From positions 4,251-68,250 of the forward strand of contig JAUWWY010000001.1 in NCBI GenBank assembly GCA_030616605.1: DNA of 64,000 bases. The letters run 5' to 3'. Under the pieces are notes generated by a model, which saw only the letters and a program-made list of their open reading frames with translations, made no database searches and was not told where the DNA came from. Positions 1 through 10,789 of this stretch are shown in pieces. This stretch comes from a bacterium (GTDB taxonomy: Bacteria > Patescibacteriota > Minisyncoccia > Minisyncoccales > CG1-02-41-26). Made by a program: the position numbers and the translations under genes. The stretch's first letter is position 1, and every line of letters begins with the position of its first letter.

Positions 1-1
1 C

Positions 2-595
2 CTAATCGATCGTTACGACGCTGGCAGTCAGACCGATGCTGCTGATACATTTGAGAAAGCAATGAGTATTACTAGCGGAAACTATACAGGTTATCTTTCT
101 GGAGAATCAGGCGCAGATACTAACGACTTTTATAAGGTAGCCGTTAACAAAGGAGAGACACTGACTCTAAAAGTAACTCCGCCAGGTGAGGCAAGAATGA
201 GAGTTGTTATTTATGACAGTGATAGGCGAGCATTGAAAGATGAATATGCCCCAAATCCAGGAGCAATTATCACAAATTCCGTACCTATAGCAAAGAATGG
301 AGATGCCTTTGGAGCTGTTATTTGTGATAGGTATTGTAGTGAATATCCTATTGAATATACTTTGAATATTGCAATCCAGCCATCAGTAGAAGATGGAGTT
401 GGTGATGGAGGAGAACCCCGAAATGGAGAAAACGGAGTAGATGGAACAGGAGCTGTAGATTTAACAAAGGATGTAGCTAAAGCTTTTGGCAAAGGGATTG
501 TTACAATAATACTTCTTTGGGTTTTAGTTCCGATTGTTTGTCTTATAGTTATTGGAGTGGTTATCTACCTTCTTTTGAAAAAGAAAAAGAAATAA
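2..595 (+). CDS. Membrane-anchored protein with PPC-like beta-sandwich domain, 5'-truncated by window edge
   Basis: Frame open from base 2; DTNDFYKVAVNKGETLTLKV resembles PPC domain; C-terminal TM helix plus KKKKK. Confidence 0.6.
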   Translation, partial: LIDRYDAGSQTDAADTFEKAMSITSGNYTGYLSGESGADTNDFYKVAVNKGETLTLKVTPPGEARMRVVIYDSDRRALKDEYAPNPGAIITNSVPIAKNGDAFGAVICDRYCSEYPIEYTLNIAIQPSVEDGVGDGGEPRNGENGVDGTGAVDLTKDVAKAFGKGIVTIILLWVLVPIVCLIVIGVVIYLLLKKKKK

Positions 596-614
596 TAGTG
601 CACAATAAAATCTT

Positions 615-2222
615 ATGGTTATGAAATCAAAAATAATTTTTGGTACCATTTTGTTATTAGTGATAGTTATAGTTGGTTATAATTATATTTTTAAGGATCA
701 AGAACTTCCCTACGAATTTGCTGAAGTTAAAAAGGGCAATGTTAGTCAGGAAATTTCAGAAACCGGACAAGTTAAAAAGGGAGAAGAGATAAAGCTTGGT
801 TTTAAGAACGTTGGTAGGATTGAAAAAATATATGTTGAGGTTGGTCAAACTGTTGAAAGCGGAACTTTTTTAGTCAAGCTGGATACTGGCCAGCTTTATA
901 TCCAATTTCAAGAAGCTAAAGCTTCTTTAGATTTAGCTGAAGCTGAATTAGCCAAATTATTAGCTGGAGCCAGCGAGGAAGAAATTGCTTTAGCTGAAAC
1001 TAAAAAGGCTAATGCCGAGATTAGTTTAGAAAATGTCAAACAAAATTTAGTTGATGTAAAAGCTGTTGCTGATGAAAATCTTAAAAACTTTTATGAAGAT
1101 GCTTTAAATACACTGGATGATGCTTATATAAAAATTTGTAATGCTTTTAATGTTGTTGATTTAATTCAAAGAGACTATTTTTATTACTCTGACCAAGAAA
1201 GTCAAAAAGTAAAAGAGAGTAAAACAGTAATAAAAACAGCAAAAGAGAATGTTAAGTTTTATCTTGATATTGCCAAAGATGATTCCAATAATGAGAACAT
1301 TGACACTGCTCTTTCGGAAATGAAAAAAGCTTTGGAGAAGGTCTCTGAAAGACTGGCAGTTGTTCGGGATGTATCAGAGGAGTCGGCTTACCGTAATACA
1401 GTTTCTGATACTGATAAGACCTCTTTAGACACTCAAAAATCAAACATTAATACCGCCCTAACCGATATTGTTGATTCTCAGCAGACTATTTCTTTTGGTA
1501 AGCTTACTAATCAATCCAATGTTAACACTGCTCAATCTAAAGTTTCTACTGCTGAAGGTGTACTCCAGACTGCCCAGGATGAACTTGCTTTAAAAAAAGC
1601 CGAACCCCAGCAAGTAGAAATTGATTTATATCAGGTCCAAATAAGACAGGCTCAGGCAAAAGTAGCTCTTTTACAAAAGCAGATTCAAGAAGCTACCCTT
1701 AAAAGTCCTGTCAAAGGACAGATTACTGAGATAAATAAAAGAGAGGGGGAGACAATTCAAATAACAGGGTCAATAATTTCTTTGATTCCCGCAACTCCCT
1801 TTCAAGTAGAGACGGATATTTACGAAGAAGATATTGTTAAAGTTAAAATAGAAAATCCGGTAGATATTACTCTTGCTGCTTTTTCTGATGAGATATTAAA
1901 GGGAAAAGTAATCTCAATTGACCCGGCAGAAAGACTAATTGGAGGAGTGGTATATTATAAAGTAATTATTGATTTTGAGGACCAGAGACAGGGAATTAAA
2001 CCGGGTATGACCGCTGATTTAGTAATTAAAACCGCTTCCAAAGAAAATGTCTTAATTGTTTCTGAAGATGCAATCCAAAAAAAGAATGGTAAATTCATAG
2101 TTCAGGTTTTTAAAGATGGTCTGGTTGAAGATAGAGAAATAGAAATTGGCCTTAAAGGCAGTGATGGTAATGTAGAGATTATTTCTGGATTAGAAGAAGG
2201 AGAACAGGTAATCATAGAATAA
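615..2222 (+). CDS. Efflux periplasmic adaptor (MacA/HlyD-like)
   Basis: N-terminal TM, lipoyl-like halves, long coiled coil, IKPGMTAD motif; precedes ABC genes. Confidence 0.85.
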   Translation: MVMKSKIIFGTILLLVIVIVGYNYIFKDQELPYEFAEVKKGNVSQEISETGQVKKGEEIKLGFKNVGRIEKIYVEVGQTVESGTFLVKLDTGQLYIQFQEAKASLDLAEAELAKLLAGASEEEIALAETKKANAEISLENVKQNLVDVKAVADENLKNFYEDALNTLDDAYIKICNAFNVVDLIQRDYFYYSDQESQKVKESKTVIKTAKENVKFYLDIAKDDSNNENIDTALSEMKKALEKVSERLAVVRDVSEESAYRNTVSDTDKTSLDTQKSNINTALTDIVDSQQTISFGKLTNQSNVNTAQSKVSTAEGVLQTAQDELALKKAEPQQVEIDLYQVQIRQAQAKVALLQKQIQEATLKSPVKGQITEINKREGETIQITGSIISLIPATPFQVETDIYEEDIVKVKIENPVDITLAAFSDEILKGKVISIDPAERLIGGVVYYKVIIDFEDQRQGIKPGMTADLVIKTASKENVLIVSEDAIQKKNGKFIVQVFKDGLVEDREIEIGLKGSDGNVEIISGLEEGEQVIIE

Positions 2223-2224
2223 TT

Positions 2225-2965
2225 ATGGCTGAAGAATCATTGATAAAACTTGAGAATGTTTGGAAGATTTATCAATTGGAAAAATTAGAACTCACTGTTT
2301 TAAGAGAAATAAACCTGGAGATTACTCCAGGTAGTTTTGTAACAATTATGGGCCCGAGCGGCTCAGGCAAATCAACTCTTTTACATATTATTGGCTGTTT
2401 AGATACTCCTACCAAAGGAAAAATTTTTTTAAAAGGTAAAGATATTTCCGGCCTTTCCGAAGACGAACTAGCCCAGATTAGAAGCCAAAAGATTGGTTTT
2501 GTTTTTCAGCAATTTAATTTACTGCCTAATCTTAATTCTCTTGAGAATGTAATGTTTCCCATGATTTTTCAAGGTGTTTATGAGGAAGAAAGAAGAGAAA
2601 AAGCTCAAACCCTTCTTAAGTCTTTAGATTTGGGAAAAAGAATTTTGCATAGACCCTCTGAACTTTCAGGTGGAGAACAGCAAAGGATTGCGATTGCCAG
2701 AGCTTTAGCTAATAATCCTGAACTTATTTTAGCAGATGAACCAACCGGTAATTTAGATTCCACAACCGGAAAAATGATAATGGAAACCTTAATTAATCTT
2801 CATAAAAAAGAACAAAAAACCATTGTCGTAGTTACTCACGACCCTTATATTGCTGAGTACAGTAAAGAAATAATTAATATTAAGGATGGTCGAATAATTT
2901 CAAATCATCAGACGGCTTCAAAAGTTCTTTGGTCTGGTAAAGAACATGATAAAAGAATATTTTAA
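2225..2965 (+). CDS. ABC transporter ATP-binding protein (MacB/LolD type)
   Basis: [28 protein letters not shown]. Confidence 0.95.
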   Translation: MAEESLIKLENVWKIYQLEKLELTVLREINLEITPGSFVTIMGPSGSGKSTLLHIIGCLDTPTKGKIFLKGKDISGLSEDELAQIRSQKIGFVFQQFNLLPNLNSLENVMFPMIFQGVYEEERREKAQTLLKSLDLGKRILHRPSELSGGEQQRIAIARALANNPELILADEPTGNLDSTTGKMIMETLINLHKKEQKTIVVVTHDPYIAEYSKEIINIKDGRIISNHQTASKVLWSGKEHDKRIF

Positions 2966-4157
2966 AATTTCTCTAAGAAATCTTAGAACCAGACCAATGA
3001 GGAGTTGGTTAACCATCATTGGTATTGTTATCGGTATTTTTTTGATTATCTCGTTACTTTCTTTAAGTGAAGGTATAAAGTCTGCCATGCTTCAACAATT
3101 AAGAATGATGGGAAAAGATTTAGTTATGATTATGCCCGGTGAACTCAGCGATATTCTAACTACTTTTATTGGTGGTTTAAAATTAACTGAAGATGATTTA
3201 AAAGCAATAGAGAAAGCCGAAGGAGTTAATTTGGTTGTTCCTATGTCTTGGAAAGGAGAAGTAATGAGATATAAAGGTAAGACAAAGACAATTTTAATTT
3301 ACGGAGTCCCCTTAAAAGAATCAAAAGAAATATTTAAGACTGATATAGGTTGGGATTTAGCTGAAGGGCGTTGGCCAATTGTGGGAAAAAGAGAGATTAT
3401 TGTTGGTGATTTAGTGCCTAAAGATATTTTTCCTGGAATGAAGATAGAAACCCAGGCTTATATTAAAGGAAAACAATTTGAGGTTGTAGGAATTTTGAAA
3501 TCACTTGGAAGTAAACAAGATGATTCTATGGTTGCTTTAGATTTAGATATTTTTCGAGAAATTACCGGAGAAAGAAAAGACGCTCAGTTTGCCTTTGCAA
3601 AAGTTGGACCAGGTTTTGAAACAGAAGAGGTAGTAGAGAACATAAAAGACCAGCTTCAAGAAACCAGAAAAAGAAAAAGAGGAGAAGATTTACCGTCTTT
3701 TACAGTACTTAGCAACGAAAAAATGGGTGGTATAGTTAACGACATAATGTCTTTGATTCAAGTGGCAATTTTTAGCATAGCTTCCATTGCTATTGTTGTT
3801 GGTGGAATAGGAATAATGAATACCATGTATACCTCAGTTCACGAGAGAACTCGCGAAATAGGAATTATGAAAGCTGTTGGTGCTAAAAACAAAACCATTG
3901 TCAATATTTTCTTAATTGAATCAGGTATTGTTGGTTTGATAGGAGGAATAGGAGGAGTGGGCTTAGGAATAGGATTAGCAAAAATGATAGAATTTTCTCT
4001 TTCGTCTCAAGGCACTTTTTATTTAAAAGCTTCGGCTTCCCCTCAGATTTTAATTTTTGGTCTAGGTTTTTCTTTTTTACTTGGTTGTCTTTCAGGATTT
4101 TTTCCGGCTCGCCGGGCCGCAAAATTTAAACCGGTTGATGCTTTAAGATATGAATAA
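2946..4157 (+). CDS. ABC transporter permease (MacB/FtsX family)
   Basis: GGIGIMNTMYTSVHERTREIGIMKAVGA; C-terminal PVDALRYE. Confidence 0.95.
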   Translation: MIKEYFKISLRNLRTRPMRSWLTIIGIVIGIFLIISLLSLSEGIKSAMLQQLRMMGKDLVMIMPGELSDILTTFIGGLKLTEDDLKAIEKAEGVNLVVPMSWKGEVMRYKGKTKTILIYGVPLKESKEIFKTDIGWDLAEGRWPIVGKREIIVGDLVPKDIFPGMKIETQAYIKGKQFEVVGILKSLGSKQDDSMVALDLDIFREITGERKDAQFAFAKVGPGFETEEVVENIKDQLQETRKRKRGEDLPSFTVLSNEKMGGIVNDIMSLIQVAIFSIASIAIVVGGIGIMNTMYTSVHERTREIGIMKAVGAKNKTIVNIFLIESGIVGLIGGIGGVGLGIGLAKMIEFSLSSQGTFYLKASASPQILIFGLGFSFLLGCLSGFFPARRAAKFKPVDALRYE

Positions 4158-4566
4158 AGAATTTAGCATTTCAACTAAAGCTCGATATCAGTTAATTGAC
4201 ATTAGCGCTCAGGTAGAAGAAATAATTAGAGAAAGTAAAATTAAAAATGGCTTGGCTTTTATTTTTACCCCCCATTCAACAGCTGCTATTTTATTAACCG
4301 AAAATGAATCAGGTCTGAAGCAAGACTGGTTAGAGGTTTTTAAAAAAATAGTTTCCGGTTTTGATTTTCTTCATAATCAAATTGATGATAATGCTGATTC
4401 TCACATTCTTTCTGGTTTGGTTGGCCAGGGCAAAACTTTAGCAATTGAAAACAACAAATTAATCAGAGGAACCTGGCAGCAAATATTCTTAGTGGAATTA
4501 GACGGACCAAAAACCAGAAAAGTAATGGTCAAATATTTGGACGCCACCCACCCGCCGCCCAGATAG
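4150..4566 (+). CDS. yjbQ: YjbQ/UPF0047 family protein
   Basis: PHSTAA..TENE, NADSH, GTWQQIFLVELDGP. Confidence 0.9.
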   Translation: MNKEFSISTKARYQLIDISAQVEEIIRESKIKNGLAFIFTPHSTAAILLTENESGLKQDWLEVFKKIVSGFDFLHNQIDDNADSHILSGLVGQGKTLAIENNKLIRGTWQQIFLVELDGPKTRKVMVKYLDATHPPPR

Positions 4567-4597
4567 AAAAAACCGCAGACTTTATCTGCGGTTTTTT
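4567..4597. terminator. Bidirectional intrinsic terminator
   Basis: AAAAAACCGCAGA / TCTGCGGTTTTTT between convergent genes. Confidence 0.85.
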
Positions 4598-4605
4598 GAT
4601 TGTGA

Positions 4606-5124
4606 TTATACCAGATGGATGACTATGGGGATTGCAATGACTGCCATTTCAATAGCCAAAGAAATCTGGACTCCCTTGCGTTCAATAGGTCTAAGATGCA
4701 GGTAGCGGGAGAGCGGCAATTTAGCTTCTTTGACTGTGAAGTAGGCACAAATAGTAACAGCGATAATAAAAGACAATAGAATAAGAAAGTAAATGTCTAT
4801 ATAAACTAAAGCTGTTACTATAAAAGAAATCCAGACAGCAAGACTGGCGAAGTAGATAGAGCTACCAAACGCCGAGTTTAAAATTGCTTTATTGCCCTGG
4901 GTAATTACATTCTTAAAATTAAGTTTACTACTCGGTAATGTCATTACAAAAGAACCTAAACCAAATAATAAGAATCCAATTACCATTACTCCGATTTCCT
5001 TGAGTAATATTACTCCCTCAGCATACCTGTTGATGAGAGCTACCAGACCAAAGAAGAAGCAGAGAGTTATGAGAGTTACGATAATCTCCACCCAAATCAG
5101 TTTTCTGTCAATGAATTTCTTCAT
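4606..5124 (-). CDS. Hypothetical multi-pass membrane protein (paralog of 5260..5733)
   Basis: About 5 hydrophobic segments; GAGGA SD; own promoter (TTGACA at 5200-5205, minus). Confidence 0.75.
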   Translation of the reverse strand: MKKFIDRKLIWVEIIVTLITLCFFFGLVALINRYAEGVILLKEIGVMVIGFLLFGLGSFVMTLPSSKLNFKNVITQGNKAILNSAFGSSIYFASLAVWISFIVTALVYIDIYFLILLSFIIAVTICAYFTVKEAKLPLSRYLHLRPIERKGVQISLAIEMAVIAIPIVIHLV

Positions 5125-5216
5125 TATTCCTCTTTTTTGTTATTAAGTTTTTAAATTGCTTTTGGTGATAATATAAATTTAACCAAAATTTTCTAAGTTT
5201 GTCAATTGATTACAAA

Positions 5217-5249
5217 AAAAGCCAAACAGTATTAGACTATTTGGCTTTT
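5217..5249 (-). terminator. Intrinsic terminator
   Basis: AAAAGCCAAA / TTTGGCTTTT inverted repeat downstream of 5260..5733. Confidence 0.7.
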
Positions 5250-5259
5250 GGTTGTGTGG

Positions 5260-5733
5260 TTAGAGAAGATAGATAAGGATGGGAGTTGTGATAGCTGTTG
5301 CCCCAACAATAACCGAGATATAGGCTTTGAGCGGGTCAATTGAAGTAGTGAATATATAGAGGCTTATCATTGAAAGGGCGCGTGATGTTGTGGTGAGGAT
5401 AAAACCAACTGCAATCACCAGGACCAGAGTAAAGAAAGCAGATGAACCTGGGAAGAGGTGAGAATACTTTAGAATACTAACCAAAAAGCTAATAGCTAAA
5501 GCAATACTTCCAACATGAGGACAGGCAGCGGCTATTAATTCTCCCTCGCCGAATCTTTCAGTCGATTCTATTACCATAGCTGCCACAAACAATGTGAATG
5601 CAGTCAGGAGCAAGGCTGTCCATTTATAGCCCATTATCCCGTCAGCATAGTTGTCAATCAGAACAGCTGCAACGAAGAAGGGTAAGAGAGCAGCAATAAT
5701 TGTAACAACCTCCAAACTAATAAATTTCTTCAT
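5260..5733 (-). CDS. Hypothetical multi-pass membrane protein (paralog of 4606..5124)
   Basis: Shares MKKFI start, LI..YA.G motif and P-I-x-I-x-L end with neighbour; AAGGAG SD. Confidence 0.75.
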   Translation of the reverse strand: MKKFISLEVVTIIAALLPFFVAAVLIDNYADGIMGYKWTALLLTAFTLFVAAMVIESTERFGEGELIAAACPHVGSIALAISFLVSILKYSHLFPGSSAFFTLVLVIAVGFILTTTSRALSMISLYIFTTSIDPLKAYISVIVGATAITTPILIYLL

Positions 5734-5843
5734 AGCGATTCTCCTTATGATTTTTTAAAAGTACTAATATTCATATCTTACAACATTCTTTTTATTTGTC
5801 AAATAGAGATACTGTTAACTTTATGCTATAGTAGAATAGCAGT

Positions 5844-6302
5844 ATGGTCATAATTTTTTGCGGTATTCCCGGCTCAGGTAAAAGTACCATAGCTGAGGAA
5901 TTGGTAAAAAAATTAAAAAAACTGGGTAGCGTTGAATTTTTTATTTCCGATGAAATTTCAGGTCAGGTTTATAAAAAAATTTCAGAACTTCTGAAAAAGA
6001 ATTTAAATAAGATAGATTATATTGTTGTTGATGCTACTTTTTATAAGAAGAAGTGGCGAGAAATGGTTTATGAAATTTGTGGCAGAGATAAAGTAATAAC
6101 TTTGGATATTCATTGTCCTTTGAAAGTTTGTCTTCAGAGAAATAAAAAAAGAAAGAACCCTTTGCCGGAAAAAGTTCTTCATATTATTCACCATCAAATG
6201 GAGAGACCCGAACATCCGGATTTGGTGATAGATACCCAAAATATTGAACCCAAAAAGAATAGTGCTCTCATTTTAGCTGAGATTATTAAAAAACAATTTT
6301 AA
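5844..6302 (+). CDS. P-loop nucleotide kinase (AAA_33-like)
   Basis: GIPGSGKST, VVDATFY, CLQRNKKR lid. Confidence 0.8.
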   Translation: MVIIFCGIPGSGKSTIAEELVKKLKKLGSVEFFISDEISGQVYKKISELLKKNLNKIDYIVVDATFYKKKWREMVYEICGRDKVITLDIHCPLKVCLQRNKKRKNPLPEKVLHIIHHQMERPEHPDLVIDTQNIEPKKNSALILAEIIKKQF

Positions 6303-6380
6303 ATAAAAAAAGGGTGTTCTCTTAGAGAGAAATTTGTTAAGATAGGGAAAGGTCGAAGATAATTGAATAAAATAAAACAA

Positions 6381-7199
6381 ATGAAAAAGCAAGATTTTAA
6401 AAATTTTAAGCATGGAAATAAATGCTTATTTAGTTTACTTATTATTGTTTTGAGTATTTTTATATTTGCTTTAGCTGTTTCTACCACAGTTGGTATTTTT
6501 AACAAGATTAAAGAGGGCAAATATATTGGTCAGGAATTTGAAGCAAAAAATACTATTACTGTTTCAGATACAGGAGAAATTTATAGCAAACCTGATTTAG
6601 CTTTAACCAATTTTTCAGTTATAAACGAAGCAAAAACTGTTGATGAGGCAATGAGAGAGAATACAGAAAAGATGAACGCCATAATTGATTCTGTTAAAAA
6701 TCAAGGGGTTGAGGAAAAAGATTTAAAAACAACCAGTTTCAATATTTATCCTCGCTATGAATATTATGAGAATGAAAGAGCTGAGATTCCTCCTTATCCT
6801 CAGGGGAAAAGAGTCTTGGTTGGCTATGAAATTCGTCAAACACTCCAAGTGAAAATCAGGGATATGGAGAAAATCGGTCAAATTATTGAAGGGGCGACAG
6901 ATGCTGGTGCTAATCAAGTTGGAAATTTAGAGTTTACCATTGATAAACAAGACGAACTTAAAAAGCAGGCCCGAGCAATGGCAATTGAAAAAGCTAAAGC
7001 TAAAGCAGATGAGATTGCTTTACAGCTCGGCGTTGATTTGGTTAGAATTACTAATTTCAGTGAAGGAGTTACATTACCGCGTTATTATGCTTTAGAAAAA
7101 TCAATTGAGATAGCAGAAGCCGGCGCTGGAGCGCCTCAGATAGAAACAGGAGAAAATAAAATAGAAGTTAGTGTAAGTATCACTTACGAAATCAAATAA
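6381..7199 (+). CDS. SIMPL (DUF541) domain protein
   Basis: TITVSDTGEIYSKPD, GANQVGNLEF, VSVSITYEI; ATG 6381 preferred over TTG 6363. Confidence 0.9.
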   Translation: MKKQDFKNFKHGNKCLFSLLIIVLSIFIFALAVSTTVGIFNKIKEGKYIGQEFEAKNTITVSDTGEIYSKPDLALTNFSVINEAKTVDEAMRENTEKMNAIIDSVKNQGVEEKDLKTTSFNIYPRYEYYENERAEIPPYPQGKRVLVGYEIRQTLQVKIRDMEKIGQIIEGATDAGANQVGNLEFTIDKQDELKKQARAMAIEKAKAKADEIALQLGVDLVRITNFSEGVTLPRYYALEKSIEIAEAGAGAPQIETGENKIEVSVSITYEIK

Positions 7200-7220
7200 A
7201 GAACTGTAACAAAAAAAACT

Positions 7221-10200
7221 GTGAGAAAATTAATTTTAATAATAATACTTTTATTATTTTTATTACCTTCGTTTAAGATGGGAGTTTTAGCTCAACAAGC
7301 TGAACTTTTATCTCCAGGACTTACTCCTAATAGTCCATTTTATTTTTTAGATACCTTAGGAGAAAAATTAGGAATGTTTTTTACTTTTGGTGACCTCAAG
7401 AAAGCTGAAAAAGCTATGCAATACGCCGAAGAGAAATTAGCTGAAGCTAAACTAATGGCAGAAAAGAATAAAATTCAAGCCATGGAAAAAGCCAATCAGA
7501 AATATCAGGAATTTTTAGGTTTAGCCAATAGAAAAACTCAAGAAGCCAAAGAGAGAGGAAAAAACATAGATGAATTAGCAATCTTAATTACTGAAAAAAT
7601 CCTAAAACACCAAGACATATTGGTAGAAGTATTTGAAAAAGTTCCAGAGCAAGCTAAGGCCGCAATTGAGAAAGCAATTGAGGTTTCAAGGAGAGGTTCA
7701 GAAGAAGCTGTTCAGGCAGTAACCGGAGCAAAAAAAGAAGAATTGCAACAAAAAATAGAAGAAGCAAAGACAAGAATGGAGGAAGTGAGGGAGACTGCTG
7801 ATTGGGAAACTTATATAAATGAGAAATACGAATATTCTTTTAAATATCCTGATAATTGTTTTTATGGACCGATGCCTGTGTATTGCAAGCAATCACCGCC
7901 AGAAGAAAGACCTCCAGAATGTTTATGTTTCTTAAATGGTGAAAATCCTGATAGTGTTTTTCTTCAGGCCTTTACTGGTGAGAAAGATAATTTGACGCTC
8001 GCTGATTTTTCGGTTTTTCATTCTGTTTTTGTTGATAGCTATAGTCCTCCTGCTGGCACAGACCTTGTCAGCTGGCTCAAAGAAAAATTCCCTTATCAAG
8101 ACGTTCCAGATGAGATAAATACGGAAATAGACGGAATACTAGCTGTAAAAGTTTATACTCCTTTTTCAGGAATGGCTTATTCCCAGGAAGATATTTATTT
8201 TATAAAGAGTGATAAACTTTTTAGGATTAGTATGTTAGATGTGGACAATGAAAATAATAGAGAACTATATAACAAAATTCTTTCTACTTTTAAATTTATA
8301 GAATTAGAAGAAGCCGAGGAGGAAGTCCCGGAAGCTGAAGAACCCCTGGATGTTGAAGAGAAACCATATATTCAAGTAATTTCTCCAAATGGGGGAGAAA
8401 CTTGGAAAGAGAAAAATACTTACGATATTACCTGGACTTCAAGAGGTGTAGAAAACGTGGCTATTTTTCTTCTTGGATGTAAAACAAAAGAGTGTCCTAT
8501 AGAAGCAGGAATTTCTTCCTATAAAATTTATCCTTATTCAGTAGAGGCTAAAGCAGGAAAATATTCTTGGACTATTTATTCAAAAGATATTGGCTTTGGC
8601 TTTGGCTTTGGCATTTCTGAATATACTTGCTTTAAGATAAAAATTAAAAAAGTTTCCTTAGGACCATTAGGAATTTTAGACAATTTCCTGGCAACGTTAG
8701 ATTATTTAAGAACGACAATAAAAGTTCTTTCAGTTCAAACTTCTGATTTTGTTGAAGATGTAAGCGATGAGTGTTTTGCGATTATTGAGCCAGAGCCACT
8801 TGTACCAAATACCCCAATGATGAGAGATATTGATGTTTCGGTTATGGCAGGTGTGTCCTATAAAATTGGCTGGACTACTGTTAGTGGAGCAATAACCTAT
8901 ATCCTTGAAAGAGATACCAGTGTATCATTTTCTAATCCTGTTACAGCTTATTCCGGGTCATTAAATAGTTTTACAGGAACTCTTTCACCATCTGTTTCAA
9001 CAACCTATTATTTTAGAGTAAAAGCCTGTAATAATTATGGATGCAGTTCTTGGAGTAAGTTAACGTCATTATGGGTAGAAGTCTGCTCTTTGCCGGAAGC
9101 TCCTCTTTTAGCAGATTTGGGAGCTCCAGTAGAATCAGGCACGGTTTACACAATAAACTGGGTCAGTGTACCGGAGGTTTCAAGCGAGGTACTTCAATAT
9201 GCTGTTCAAAGAGATACTAATTTAAGCTTTTATAATCCAACCATAATTTATAGAGGGTCATTAAACAGCGTAAAAGACAGCCCTTTGCCATTAGTTACAA
9301 CTTCATATTTTTATAGAGTAAAAGCAGAGAATATCTGTGGAGAAAGTCCCTGGAGTAATATAAAAGGTATCCAGGTTGAGGTTTTTCTTCGAACTCCTGT
9401 TTTAATGGATCCGGGGATTTCGGTTAATTCGGGTGAATATTTTATTTTGAATTGGACAAATATTGAAGGCGCAAAGAGGTATTGGCTTCAAAGAGATACC
9501 AGTCCATATTTTCCTTCTTCTATTCCTCCTCATTATTCTGAAGTAAATAGTATTAAAGAAATTCTTTCTCCAGAAGTTTCAACAACCTATTATTATAAAG
9601 TAAAAGCCTGCACTGATACTGAATGTAGTCCTTATAGTAATGTAGTTGATATGCAAGTTATTGTTCCATCGTCAATTACTGTTACTTCTCCTAATGGGGG
9701 AGAGAGGTGGGCAATTGGGAATACTTATGACATTATTTGGACATCTGTTGGAGTTGATGAAGTTAATTTCTGTGTGAATTATGGAACCGGCTGTTTAGGA
9801 TTAGGAGGAGAAATTTCCTCATCTAGAATAGATGCTTCTCTTGGAAAATTCTCTTGGCAAATTGATCCCAATGCTCCTTATGTACCAGGAGATAACTTGA
9901 AGATGCGAATTACTGATGCTAGTGATTCAACAGTATTTGATGAGAGTGATAATTATTTCAGTATTGTTTCTCCATCAATTACTGTCACTTCTCCTAATGG
10001 GGGAGAAACTTTGCAAAAAGGATCCAATACATTTATTAATTTGAAGTTTTCGCCATATGTGCCATTAGGTGGATTTGTGATTAATTTACTTCGTTCAGAT
10101 ACGGATATCGCCGTCGCTCATCTTAAATACTGCAGTTTAGAAAATGTTACTTACGACAACGCGACTCCTTCAAACGCTTCTTGGCAATGGAAAGTTGGAT

Positions 10201-10649
10201 ATGATGCTGACGGTAAAGAAATTCCCAATGGTTCATACAGAATTCTTGTTTATGATTGCGGGGATAAAAATGATACTGTTTGGAAAGGTGGCACCGCTTC
10301 GGCAAAGAGTAATATATTTAGCATCGTTTCTCCAAGCACCTTTTCCATCACTGTTTTTTCTCCCAATGGAGGAGAGGAATTTAGTCAAGGCGCTGATTAT
10401 ACAATTACTTGGGAATCAGCAGGAATAATTGACAACGTGGGAATCACTATTTGCATGACTCCTGAGTCTTATGAACAAACGAGAAAAATTGAAGACAGAT
10501 GCTCAGGAATGGTAACAGTTCCAGACATAGGGAGTTATTCAGATAGTTTCGGTATTGCTGCAGAAATAGGTAATTATACTGTAAAAATTGAAGACGCTTC
10601 TGACCCCTCAGTTTATGATGAATCCGATAATTATTTCAGCATCAAATAA
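7221..10649 (+). CDS. Large secreted modular protein (DUF5667-like N-terminus, three FN3-like and four SPNGGE Ig-like repeats)
   Basis: Signal peptide; PGLTPNSPFYFLD; YYFRVKA/YFYRVKA/YYYKVKA; SPNGGE...DESDNYFSI. Confidence 0.8.
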   Translation: MRKLILIIILLLFLLPSFKMGVLAQQAELLSPGLTPNSPFYFLDTLGEKLGMFFTFGDLKKAEKAMQYAEEKLAEAKLMAEKNKIQAMEKANQKYQEFLGLANRKTQEAKERGKNIDELAILITEKILKHQDILVEVFEKVPEQAKAAIEKAIEVSRRGSEEAVQAVTGAKKEELQQKIEEAKTRMEEVRETADWETYINEKYEYSFKYPDNCFYGPMPVYCKQSPPEERPPECLCFLNGENPDSVFLQAFTGEKDNLTLADFSVFHSVFVDSYSPPAGTDLVSWLKEKFPYQDVPDEINTEIDGILAVKVYTPFSGMAYSQEDIYFIKSDKLFRISMLDVDNENNRELYNKILSTFKFIELEEAEEEVPEAEEPLDVEEKPYIQVISPNGGETWKEKNTYDITWTSRGVENVAIFLLGCKTKECPIEAGISSYKIYPYSVEAKAGKYSWTIYSKDIGFGFGFGISEYTCFKIKIKKVSLGPLGILDNFLATLDYLRTTIKVLSVQTSDFVEDVSDECFAIIEPEPLVPNTPMMRDIDVSVMAGVSYKIGWTTVSGAITYILERDTSVSFSNPVTAYSGSLNSFTGTLSPSVSTTYYFRVKACNNYGCSSWSKLTSLWVEVCSLPEAPLLADLGAPVESGTVYTINWVSVPEVSSEVLQYAVQRDTNLSFYNPTIIYRGSLNSVKDSPLPLVTTSYFYRVKAENICGESPWSNIKGIQVEVFLRTPVLMDPGISVNSGEYFILNWTNIEGAKRYWLQRDTSPYFPSSIPPHYSEVNSIKEILSPEVSTTYYYKVKACTDTECSPYSNVVDMQVIVPSSITVTSPNGGERWAIGNTYDIIWTSVGVDEVNFCVNYGTGCLGLGGEISSSRIDASLGKFSWQIDPNAPYVPGDNLKMRITDASDSTVFDESDNYFSIVSPSITVTSPNGGETLQKGSNTFINLKFSPYVPLGGFVINLLRSDTDIAVAHLKYCSLENVTYDNATPSNASWQWKVGYDADGKEIPNGSYRILVYDCGDKNDTVWKGGTASAKSNIFSIVSPSTFSITVFSPNGGEEFSQGADYTITWESAGIIDNVGITICMTPESYEQTRKIEDRCSGMVTVPDIGSYSDSFGIAAEIGNYTVKIEDASDPSVYDESDNYFSIK

Positions 10650-10789
10650 GAACCTGCTCGCTTCGCCACGTCAGACGTGGCTTTGCTCGCAGAACCTTGT
10701 TTTCGGCAAGGAATAAATATATAATCCGAAAATAATATGGTAGCAAAAAAATACTTATTTTATTAATTGTAGTTTTTGTTCTTTTTGTT

